Virus record (IMG/VR): IMGVR_UViG_3300023213_000432
Location: 192,001 to 256,000 of that record
DNA: 64,000 nt
Direction: 5' to 3' (one strand)
Source of the DNA: a virus
Lineage: Duplodnaviria; Caudoviricetes
Shown here: positions 29,071-36,854 of the stretch, piece by piece
How positions within the stretch are numbered: position 1 is the first letter of the stretch
Layout of the letters: each line of letters begins with the position of its first letter
Program-made: the position numbers and the translations under genes
Notes under the pieces: generated by a model
The model's database searches: none
What the model was told of the DNA's origin: nothing
Seen by the model: only the letters and a program-made list of their open reading frames with translations

Positions 29071-29840
29071 GAATCGTTTAATTCTTGAAGCGAAAATGGT
29101 AAATAGATGGGCTTTTTACCAGAACTATAATCGTGACAGTCCTGAAAGAATTTAGGACGGTTCTCATCACCATATTTATTTTTGAACTCTCTATATTCGC
29201 CTTTGTCTAATTCACCAGACCCAAAATGAAGACCATTTTCTTTGATGTATCCAAGGCGGTATCCTGCTAATCGCGCTCTCCATCCCCAATTTGCGTCTTC
29301 ATGGGCATACCATTTATATTCCGTGGTAAAGAACCCAATTTTCTCATGCAAATCTCTTTCAAACACCATATTTGCAGTTCCTAGGTTACCTGCCGCTTTA
29401 TGTTGAAAAGTCTTTCCATTCTGAGTAATCAGCGGGTATATAGCGTCTTCCATATTAACACCGATTGAAAACCTACTCACTGCCGTCATAATATCCACAC
29501 ATTCTTTCAACCATCCCATCGGCATTTCTACATCATTATCCAAGCATCCCAAAAAATAGTCCTTATATTTATCGGCAATCTGAAGTCCTTGATTTCTTCC
29601 GCTAGCAATTCCTAAATTTTTCTCATTGCAGTGTAGATCATAATTTTGACAATATTCCGATTTTTTTAAAAGAGAGGGTAGTTCATCAGAGAGCCAACTA
29701 ACGGTGCCATCTAAACTTCCATTATCTACTACAATCAATCTGAATGGTGAATTAGTAGTCATTAACAAGCTGGACATCATTCTTTTGGTAAGCTCTAATC
29801 GATTGTAAGTGCAAAGCATCAAAGAAACAGTGGTAGTCAT
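29067..29840 (-). CDS. GT2 glycosyltransferase
   Basis: LCTYNR, VDNGS.DG, LDND, HEDANWGWR. Confidence 0.85.
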   Translation of the reverse strand: MTTTVSLMLCTYNRLELTKRMMSSLLMTTNSPFRLIVVDNGSLDGTVSWLSDELPSLLKKSEYCQNYDLHCNEKNLGIASGRNQGLQIADKYKDYFLGCLDNDVEMPMGWLKECVDIMTAVSRFSIGVNMEDAIYPLITQNGKTFQHKAAGNLGTANMVFERDLHEKIGFFTTEYKWYAHEDANWGWRARLAGYRLGYIKENGLHFGSGELDKGEYREFKNKYGDENRPKFFQDCHDYSSGKKPIYLPFSLQELNDS

Positions 29841-29936
29841 AAGAAAGGATATATCAAAGAATGATGATTAACTTATTGATTTTTAGCGGGATGTGGATCG
29901 TTATTTTGTCCCTGCTAACTCTTTCGTATATGGTTG

Positions 29937-30473
29937 ATGACCCCCCGTCTAATTAGGCTTAGGTTTTGGCAAAAATTAGCCCAATCAATACCTGCTAATC
30001 TTCCCACAGCTCAAGTAACTAAAAATCAACCAGTGAGCGGAACTCCTCCCACTTTTATCGCCTCCGAGTGGTATCCTTCTATTATTATTGGGTGGCAGTC
30101 TAAAAATGTTCCTTGGATTAATGGTTTAACTAGTTTAATCAATACTGCTTTATTTTACACCAGCAACGGACAAATTCATATTCCTTGGATGCGAGCCCAA
30201 AACTTCTTTTTTCAATTGGATCAGATCCCCTCAGTTGATCTACGTAATTTAATGAACTTTACCAAACTTATGTATAATCAAATTTTTACCAATTTAGGAT
30301 ATTCTTATCAACAATCATTAACGCCCCAACAAATAACAGCAAAAGTTAATATTTTGCGGAATAGTCCATTCCTTCTCAATTTATCTTTGACCAACCCAAG
30401 TTCCCAACTAGCGAGCAAAATCGGCGGAAATCTTCGACAATTTATCGTTAATTATTTGTTGCAAATTAAATAA
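29937..30473 (+). CDS. Hypothetical protein (N/Q-rich, possibly virion-associated)
   Basis: Long clean ORF; no catalytic motif recognised. Confidence 0.6.
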   Translation: MTPRLIRLRFWQKLAQSIPANLPTAQVTKNQPVSGTPPTFIASEWYPSIIIGWQSKNVPWINGLTSLINTALFYTSNGQIHIPWMRAQNFFFQLDQIPSVDLRNLMNFTKLMYNQIFTNLGYSYQQSLTPQQITAKVNILRNSPFLLNLSLTNPSSQLASKIGGNLRQFIVNYLLQIK

Positions 30474-30495
30474 TCCATCGTTATATTTTTTCCCA

Positions 30496-31284
30496 ATGTC
30501 CTCCATCAAGCTCAAAGATCGAATCGATTCTTATCGTGAAGCATCTCAATATTATCTCACTCCTCGGCTTCCCATTATCATCTCGGTGAATGGTAGGGCA
30601 TCTTCCAAATTAACATCCCTATTGGATAAGCCATATGATGCCAAATTTGCAGAGTGTATTCTTTCTACGGCTCAACAACTATGTTCCGAGATTGAAGGTG
30701 CAGTTTTGGCGTATCAGCATAATGACGAAATTGTGGTAATAGCTCGAAATGATCAATCTTTAAATACTCTTCCTTGGTTTGATAATAAACTTCAAAAAAT
30801 TTGTTCTATTGCTGCCTCCATTGCTACGGAACATTTTGGTGCTTGTTGCGCTGCAGTAGAGTTAAATTTGTGCGGAGCTTCTCATTTCTTTTCGGAAGTT
30901 TTTGTGGTACCCAACGAAGTGGAAGCTATCAATACCATCATTTATAATCAGCAAAAAAATCTACATACTTCTATTCAGTTCGCTTGCTATTACGAGTTTA
31001 TCAAAAAACATGACAAAAATGCTATTCGAGATATGTTACAGGGATTAAGTATTGATGAAAAGATCGATCTACTCCGTCAAGATTGTGGAGTAAATTTCAA
31101 CGAATACCCAGCGGTATTTCGCAGAGGAGCAGCTATCTATAAAGCTCCAACTTTTACAGAAGAAGGCGGCATTAAAAACAAATGGGTAATTAATAAAGAA
31201 TTGCCAATTTTTTCTAAGGATCAAGTGCTGCTCAATAACATTCTTCGAACTGGAAGCGATATTGTTCGGAAAGAGAGTTTTTGA
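30496..31284 (+). CDS. Thg1-like (tRNA-His guanylyltransferase family) protein with divergent active site
   Basis: DRIDSY..., IIISVNGRASSKLT (cf. RIDGxxFxxFT), AYQHNDEI (cf. YxQSDEI), FDNKLQKICS, FRRG. Confidence 0.8.
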   Translation: MSSIKLKDRIDSYREASQYYLTPRLPIIISVNGRASSKLTSLLDKPYDAKFAECILSTAQQLCSEIEGAVLAYQHNDEIVVIARNDQSLNTLPWFDNKLQKICSIAASIATEHFGACCAAVELNLCGASHFFSEVFVVPNEVEAINTIIYNQQKNLHTSIQFACYYEFIKKHDKNAIRDMLQGLSIDEKIDLLRQDCGVNFNEYPAVFRRGAAIYKAPTFTEEGGIKNKWVINKELPIFSKDQVLLNNILRTGSDIVRKESF

Positions 31285-31535
31285 TGGATTGTTTTAAATC
31301 TAAATGCCCTTGTTGTGGTCACATCATTTATTGGATGGGATCTAATACTTTCTTTGTTAAGATTGATTATCCTGTGTGTTTTCGATGTGGCACTCAAACT
31401 CGAGAACAAGACAAAAGTATTGATCGAGAAAGTATTATTGGGAGAACATATGAGTTAAGGTTGCTAAGAGCTTTGATGGATATTCCTGATATTCACTGGG
31501 ATATTCAAGCATTTATTCATGAGCACAAACATTAA
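31281..31535 (+). CDS. Small zinc-ribbon protein
   Basis: CPCC and CFRC pairs. Confidence 0.6.
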   Translation: MMDCFKSKCPCCGHIIYWMGSNTFFVKIDYPVCFRCGTQTREQDKSIDRESIIGRTYELRLLRALMDIPDIHWDIQAFIHEHKH

Positions 31536-31812
31536 AAAATTGGTGGTATTAGCGGATGCTTTTGAGAAGAAATTGGCAACAGAAAATGCAGGTGAATATG
31601 GTGGAAAAGGTGAATTTGAGTTGCCGTCAGACCATAAAGCTGCAATGGTTTTGAAAAACGGAACATTTTCTTGTGCGAACTGTAAGTTCGTTAATGTTGA
31701 AAAACACGAATGTAATAGTGTTCATTATATTAAATGGAATGGTGAAAGCAGAAAATTACCAAATGCGCCGCTCACTTTTATTTGCTCAGATTGGTTTGAG
31801 CCGAAAAATTGA
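31519..31812 (+). CDS. Hypothetical Cys-containing protein
   Basis: CANC, C, CSDW. Confidence 0.6.
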   Translation: MSTNIKKLVVLADAFEKKLATENAGEYGGKGEFELPSDHKAAMVLKNGTFSCANCKFVNVEKHECNSVHYIKWNGESRKLPNAPLTFICSDWFEPKN

Positions 31813-31822
31813 TGAGTAGGAA

Positions 31823-31850
31823 TTGACAATGCTACATAAATAATTATTAT
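31823..31850 (+). promoter_or_regulatory. sigma70-like promoter for the tRNA cluster
   Basis: TTGACA-N16-TATTAT, 10 nt upstream of the first tRNA-like element. Confidence 0.55.
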
Positions 31851-31860
31851 GTATGTGTGC

Positions 31861-31935
31861 GCCTCGTTAGTTTAACAGTAAAACATGCTGATGTGTATCA
31901 GCAATCGTCAGATCATTTCTGACACGAGGCTCCCA
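31861..31935 (+). ncRNA. tRNA-like element with perfect stems and non-canonical loops (His-GTG or Thr-TGT derived)
   Basis: Acceptor GCCTCGT/ACGAGGC, D GTTT/AAAC, anticodon stem TGCTG/CAGCA with 8-nt loop ATGTGTAT, T stem GTCAG/CTGAC with loop ATCATTT, 3' TCCCA. Confidence 0.7.
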
Positions 31936-31941
31936 AAGTAA

Positions 31942-32013
31942 GCCCATTTCGTATAGTGGTTATTACTTAACTTCGGTAAAGTTGAAAGCTGAGTTCGATT
32001 CTCAGATTGGGCT
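31942..32013 (+). tRNA. tRNA-Thr(GGT) with C at position 33
   Basis: G1-C72, C2-G71, D-loop GG, anticodon stem TAACT/AGTTG, loop TCGGTAA, T arm CTGAG-TTCGATT-CTCAG. CCA not encoded. Confidence 0.75.
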
Positions 32014-32033
32014 CAAACAAACCTACTAATAGC

Positions 32034-32043
32034 TTGATATATA
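32034..32043 (+). promoter_or_regulatory. Recurrent (TT)GATATAT(A/C) motif, candidate phage promoter
   Basis: TTGATATATA 7 nt before ATG 32051; same motif 7-9 nt before several other starts. Confidence 0.55.
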
Positions 32044-32050
32044 GATCGAC

Positions 32051-32389
32051 ATGAACTCGTAGAACCTCAAACTTTATTTAATTATTCGCAAGGATTTGTC
32101 ATCTGGCGCTATCCTCGCTCAAGCTTGCCATGCAGCATTTACATTTAGTTCCGAACATCCTGAAATAGCCAAAGATTGGCTCCTCAATTCCAATTATATT
32201 TGCATTTTAGAAATTGATGATGAAGATAAACTTCAAGAATTGTTGGACAAAGCCAGGCATCTTAACATTCCACATTCCTTGTTTATCGAACCTGATTACA
32301 ATTATTCTCTTACAGCGATTGCTTTGGCACCTACTCTTGCTAGCAAGAAATTATGTCGTGGCTTGCGATTGGCTTTCAAGGATCAATGA
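32051..32389 (+). CDS. Peptidyl-tRNA hydrolase 2 (PTH2)-like protein with in-frame TAG at codon 4 (readthrough candidate)
   Basis: ATG AAC TCG TAG AAC CTC AAA CTT TAT TTA ATT ATT CGC AAG GAT TTG = MNS*NLKLYLIIRKDL, then GAILAQACHA...ICILE...EPD...TAIAL; TAG at 32060-32062. Confidence 0.82.
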
Positions 32390-32398
32390 TGAAGATTT

Positions 32399-32470
32399 CC
32401 GCTCTTGGTATAGTGGCTGTGCTTTCCCATTCTAAACGGGAAAAGCCGTGTTCAAATCACGGAGAGCGGG
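32399..32470 (+). tRNA. Amber suppressor tRNA (anticodon CTA), type 1
   Basis: Acceptor CCGCTCT/AGAGCGG, G73; anticodon loop TT-CTA-AA (CTA 32432-32434) with an A:C mismatch at 31-39; T arm CCGTG-TTCAAAT-CACGG. No CCA encoded. Confidence 0.82.
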
Positions 32471-32478
32471 CTAAATAT

Positions 32479-32553
32479 GGGCGATTAGTTCAGCGATAGA
32501 ACGGGCAATTCTAAATTGCTGCGTCGAAGGTTTGACTCCTTCATCGCCCACCA
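32479..32553 (+). tRNA. Amber suppressor tRNA (anticodon CTA), type 2, Lys-like body
   Basis: Acceptor GGGCGAT/ATCGCCC, A73, encoded CCA; D GTTC/GAAC; anticodon stem GGCAA/TTGCT with loop TT-CTA-AA (CTA 32511-32513); T arm GAAGG-TTTGACT-CCTTC. Confidence 0.9.
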
Positions 32554-32858
32554 ATTTTTCATGAAAACTTCAGAGCTTATCAAAGAACTCCAAGAACTTG
32601 ATCCCAATGATGAGTGTATTTTGTGCATAGACAATCATCCTATTCGCTACATATCTAAAATGCCTTGGTATTGGGATGGCAGAGTTGAAATAATTTCACG
32701 CAATCACGCCCATATCCCCATCAAAGCCGGTTATCCTAATCAAGGTTCCAAAATCTCTTTCCATTACGATACCATTGAAGACGTTCTTATTGATAATCCC
32801 GATATGGGAGTTGGATTTAAGCGGGATTACCCATCAAGGAAAAGTGGAAGAACGATAC

Positions 32859-34080
32859 GTCAATAACTTACGACTAAAGTCGTAAGCTTGTCGCTCATCC
32901 TACCATAAGCAGGATGTTGTTTTTTAATGGCAACAATAGGCTGATTGACAGCAGCCCTGAATGAAATATTTTTAGCAGCATTGAGATCCGCGTTTATAGT
33001 ATAACCACAGGTTTGGCAAATAAAAAGCGCTTGACTTTTCCTGTTTTTCTTATCGCAAAACCCACAGCAAGAGCAAGTCCGAGAAGTGTTTCTAGGATCT
33101 ACCTTGATTACGGGAATGCCTTCTAACCTAGCCTTATACTCGATAAATGCTGTTAACTCTCCAAATGCCCACTTTCCGAATTGCTCTCGTTGTTCTTTGC
33201 GAACCGTTTTCTTGAAGTTATGGAGATCCTCGATAGCGATCCCCATTCCAAGTGCCTTAGCGACTTGAATAATTCGTTTAGCGATAACATGATTGGTGTC
33301 TTTTTTAAATCTACGTTCCTTTCCTGATATGTTCTTTAGTTTCTTTTGAGAAGAGTTGGTATTGAGAGATTGAAGCTTTGCTTTGAGTTTAGTGTAGCGC
33401 TTTCGATTAGCGTCGGTTTTCTCACCAGAGAAAGTAGTTCCTTCTGAGGTGGTTGCCAGATTAACGATTCCTAGATCTACTCCTAGATATTCTTTTACTT
33501 GCTTAGATGGAGGTTCGGGAACATCAATAGAAGCTTGGAGATAGAATTCTTTATTTCGATAGATGAGTTTAGCGGAAGTACGAAGGGATTTTTCAGATAA
33601 TTTCTCATAGAGCTTAGCATATTCTCCGAAAGCAATGGGAATAGGAAGCCTACCGTCTAGAGAAAGAATGGAGATGGTTCCTAACTTTTTCCAATTGAGA
33701 ATGCGGGCATCATATTCTATCGAAGAGTTCTTTTTAAAGGTATGCTGAACTTTCTTATCGATTGTGTAAGAATCGCAAACACGAGAGATAACACGAATAG
33801 CAAACTGGGAAGGAAGATTGAACTTTTGGCGGAGTTCATGGTAAATGTTCTCTTGAACTTTAAACTTACTGAATAAGCGATTGTTAAAACAATACTCGCT
33901 AACCCAATTGCAAGCCGCATTAAACTGATAGATGGAGCGAAGGAGCTGAGCTTTCTGCCCTGAATTAGCGAGTAATTTGACAGAAACGGTTAAGAGCATG
34001 CTATATGGTATATATCAAAGGTTCTTGGAAAATGCAATTCATCCCACGATTAAAATCGTGGGCTTCCTTGCTAAGAGATC
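32859..34080 (-). mobile_element. Non-autonomous IS200/IS605 element copy C (different tnpB subfamily)
   Basis: Right-end hairpin CTTACGAC-TAAA-GTCGTAAG ending TTGAC on the minus strand; left-end hairpin CCCACGAT-TAAA-ATCGTGGG (34043-34062). A CGT on both sides makes the junction ambiguous by 3 nt. Confidence 0.85.
32860..33999 (-). CDS. tnpB: TnpB with intact RuvC D-E-D
   Basis: LGVDLG, IAIEDL, SRTCSCCG...CQTCG, NADLNAA. Confidence 0.95.
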   Translation of the reverse strand: MLLTVSVKLLANSGQKAQLLRSIYQFNAACNWVSEYCFNNRLFSKFKVQENIYHELRQKFNLPSQFAIRVISRVCDSYTIDKKVQHTFKKNSSIEYDARILNWKKLGTISILSLDGRLPIPIAFGEYAKLYEKLSEKSLRTSAKLIYRNKEFYLQASIDVPEPPSKQVKEYLGVDLGIVNLATTSEGTTFSGEKTDANRKRYTKLKAKLQSLNTNSSQKKLKNISGKERRFKKDTNHVIAKRIIQVAKALGMGIAIEDLHNFKKTVRKEQREQFGKWAFGELTAFIEYKARLEGIPVIKVDPRNTSRTCSCCGFCDKKNRKSQALFICQTCGYTINADLNAAKNISFRAAVNQPIVAIKKQHPAYGRMSDKLTTLVVSY

Positions 34081-34266
34081 GTGAAAAAAATTGAAGAGTG
34101 GAGACGGCAAGGACGTGAATTTCAACGAGAAATTAAAAAGAATCCACTAATCAAAGATTTGGGATTGAGACCCAAACGAAAGATCAGTTGGCGAACTCGT
34201 TTGACCAAGTGGCTTCGAAAACTACGGGTAATAGATTGATATTAAAATGGAGCAAATAACAACATA

Positions 34267-34797
34267 ATGCAGAAAGAAACATCAAACCGCATTAGAATAA
34301 ATCATTACATTCGTGTTCCACAAGTAAGAGTGGTGTTAGAAGATGGAACCAGTCCCGGCATCATGGGCACTCCCGAAGCTCTTAAAATGGCTAAAGACAT
34401 GGGTTTGGACATGATCGAAATTAATCCCAAAGCTTCGCCGCCCGTTGTCAAGCTTATGGACTTCGGTCGCCATAAATATAATGAAAAGAAAAAACAGCAA
34501 GAAATCAAAAGGAATCAAAAAGTTCATGAACAAAAAGAACTGTTGCTTCGCCCTAACATTGAAGAACACGATCTGACACACAAACTCAATGCAGCCAAAC
34601 AGTTTCTTGCTGAGGGAAACTCAGTCAAATTTACGGTGCGATTCAGAGGAAGGGAACTTACTCACCCAGAAGTGGGTCGAGACAAATTAGATTGGATTGT
34701 TCAGCAATTGAGCGGATTAATTCAGCCCTTTCCCGTTATTTCTATGGAAGGAAAACTCATGCACATGCTTGTTATTCCAACCAAACAAAAAGCGTGA
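34267..34797 (+). CDS. infC: Translation initiation factor IF-3
   Basis: RINHYIRVPQVRV, PPVVKLMDFG, RPNIEEHD, VRFRGRE. Confidence 0.95.
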   Translation: MQKETSNRIRINHYIRVPQVRVVLEDGTSPGIMGTPEALKMAKDMGLDMIEINPKASPPVVKLMDFGRHKYNEKKKQQEIKRNQKVHEQKELLLRPNIEEHDLTHKLNAAKQFLAEGNSVKFTVRFRGRELTHPEVGRDKLDWIVQQLSGLIQPFPVISMEGKLMHMLVIPTKQKA

Positions 34798-34810
34798 TAT
34801 ATGATACAGC

Positions 34811-35545
34811 ATGCAAGTTCGCACTGGTATTCTGTTGGCAGGAGGTTCAGGAAGCCGCTTAGCTCCCTTAAATTCCCAATTCAACAAGCATTTAATTCCC
34901 GTTTATAATAAATTCATCATTGATTATCCGCTTGCTACTTTACATAGTGCAGGAGTTAAGAATCTAACAGTGGTTTTAGGCGGGCAACATTATGCTCAAG
35001 TAGTCTCTTATTTAAAAGATGGACAACAGTTCGGAATGAATATTAATTATGTTTATCAAGACAAACCTGCCGGACTATCACAGGCTATAAATTTATGTCA
35101 GCCCTTTGTAGAACATAAAGATAATTTTATGGTAGTGTTAGGAGATAATATTTTCGAGAAGCCGGTGACCTTCCAAGATATGGAAGCTCCTGCTCAAATT
35201 GTTCTTCATAAACACCCAGAATTGCACCGATTTGGAGTAGCATCCATTAAAGATAATAAAATTGTTCAAATTGAGGAAAAGCCCAAGGTTTTGCCTGATG
35301 GCTACGATAACTATGCGATTGCCGGATGTTATCTTTTTGATAGTCAGTTCTTCAAATTCTTTACTCATTTGAAGCCGTCATCCAGATTGGAATTTGAAAT
35401 CACAGATATTATCCGAATGTATCATGAACGAGGAAAGTTAGGATATTCTTTTGTGGATGGACTTTGGAGTGATGCTGGAACTCATCAATCTATCAATTAC
35501 GTCAATAACTTTTTTTATCGGAAGGATGTCTCTAATGAAAGTTAG
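34811..35545 (+). CDS. rmlA: Glucose-1-phosphate thymidylyltransferase (RmlA-like)
   Basis: LAGGSGSRLAP, YQDKPAGL, LGDN, EEKP, SSRLEFEITD, WSDAGT. Confidence 0.9.
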   Translation: MQVRTGILLAGGSGSRLAPLNSQFNKHLIPVYNKFIIDYPLATLHSAGVKNLTVVLGGQHYAQVVSYLKDGQQFGMNINYVYQDKPAGLSQAINLCQPFVEHKDNFMVVLGDNIFEKPVTFQDMEAPAQIVLHKHPELHRFGVASIKDNKIVQIEEKPKVLPDGYDNYAIAGCYLFDSQFFKFFTHLKPSSRLEFEITDIIRMYHERGKLGYSFVDGLWSDAGTHQSINYVNNFFYRKDVSNES

Positions 35546-36377
35546 CATTTTAGGAAATGGATTTGTTGCAGATCATTTGCCCTACCACCGGATAACAGAA
35601 CGATTGGATTTTAGTTCTAAACAAATCGAAAATCTTTTAGAAACAGAAAAGCCAGATGTGGTAGTTAATTGTATCGGTAAATGTGGCAATCCTAATGTCG
35701 ATTGGTGTGAAGCTAACAAGGAAATTACTGCTTTGACCAACACCGCCCTACCGATTATGTTGGCAACGGTATGTGCTAAAAAATCCATTCATATGATCCA
35801 GATTGGAAGTGGTTGTATCTTCTTTAATAAGTCGCCTAATACAACTCTCAACGGACAGGTAGAAGTTGATTTGGGCTGGAAGGAAATCAATTTTCCCAAT
35901 CCTCAATCTTATTACTCCAAGACCAAGGCGGCTTGTGATTTTACTATTGGCGAGATGAAAAATGTGACTACTTTGAGAATTAGGATGCCCATCTCTTCCA
36001 AAAATCATCCTCGTAATTTAATTAACAAGCTTCGAGGATATAAACAAGTGATCGATGCTCCAAACTCTATAACCATGATGAGTGATTTAATGCGATGTAT
36101 TGATTGGGCTATTACCACTGGGCAAGTGGGCATTTTTCATGTCACTAATCCACAACCTATTACTGCCGCACAGATTATGAAAATGTACCAAACGTATAAA
36201 CCCGAACACACTTTCGAGGCTATTTCCGAAGGACAGTTAGATAAACTTACCATTGCCAAACGATCCAATTGCCTTCTCAATACCGAGAAGTTACAAAAGG
36301 CGGGTTTTCATATGACACCGTCTGAAGAAGCTTTAAAGCAATGCATGAACGAATATGTTAAAAATTTGAAGGATTGA
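35535..36377 (+). CDS. NDP-4-keto-6-deoxyglucose epimerase/reductase (NRS/ER, RmlD-like fold)
   Basis: GKCGNPNVDWCE, GSGCIF, SYYSKTK, LRIRMPIS, RNLINKL. Confidence 0.85.
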   Translation: MKVSILGNGFVADHLPYHRITERLDFSSKQIENLLETEKPDVVVNCIGKCGNPNVDWCEANKEITALTNTALPIMLATVCAKKSIHMIQIGSGCIFFNKSPNTTLNGQVEVDLGWKEINFPNPQSYYSKTKAACDFTIGEMKNVTTLRIRMPISSKNHPRNLINKLRGYKQVIDAPNSITMMSDLMRCIDWAITTGQVGIFHVTNPQPITAAQIMKMYQTYKPEHTFEAISEGQLDKLTIAKRSNCLLNTEKLQKAGFHMTPSEEALKQCMNEYVKNLKD

Positions 36378-36379
36378 TT

Positions 36380-36577
36380 ATGTCGAATAAGAATTTAACC
36401 ATTGAACTTCGGGCTCGTCAGGATAAAGATGGACGTACCTTTTATGTTGGAAAATTAAGATCTCCTGTTTTAATTGATTGTAGTGAAGGAGCCGTTTTTC
36501 TCATTTTTGTCAGCGATCATGGAGCTGAAGAAATGCAAATTGCTTGCATGGATACTAAAGATGACACTTCATTTTGA
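36380..36577 (+). CDS. Hypothetical protein
   Basis: ORF in the operon (RQDKDGRTFYVG). Confidence 0.6.
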   Translation: MSNKNLTIELRARQDKDGRTFYVGKLRSPVLIDCSEGAVFLIFVSDHGAEEMQIACMDTKDDTSF

Positions 36578-36854
36578 AGAATTGTGGGTCGAATGTGAGC
36601 AGCATCATCAGGACAGCAAAGGAGATAATTCTGTTCTAATGTTGATCAATGAATTAGTAATGAAAGCCAATATATATAATGCTGTTGAGCAAAGAACCGA
36701 ACTTTCCAAAGAAGATCGTCAGAATTCTAAATTCCTTATCATGGGAGAAATCTTATGGGCTTTAACTCACTTATCTCTTAAAGAGAATATCAATGTTTTT
36801 GATGCTTTGAACGTAGCTCTTCAGAATCGGAATACGTCTTTAATTTTGAGGTAG
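36561..36854 (+). CDS. Hypothetical protein, weakly MazG-like
   Basis: MGEILWALTHLSLKENINVFDAL resembles the MazG C-terminal helix but lacks the acidic cluster. Confidence 0.45.
   Translation: MTLHFEELWVECEQHHQDSKGDNSVLMLINELVMKANIYNAVEQRTELSKEDRQNSKFLIMGEILWALTHLSLKENINVFDALNVALQNRNTSLILR

Larger units (their letters stand above)
32561..34239 (+). pseudogene. Hypothetical gene split by tnpB element C (5' part 32561-32858, 3' part 34081-34239)
   Basis: Removing 32859-34080 and one G near 32816 gives ...DMELDLSGITHQGKVEERYVKKIEEWRRQGREFQREIKK...RVID*. Confidence 0.6.

Noticed and set aside
32399-32470. Suppressor type 1 as tRNA-Pyl
   Set aside because: It has a normal D-loop GG, TTC T loop, two nucleotides between acceptor and D stems and a 4-nt variable loop, and no pyl genes are present.
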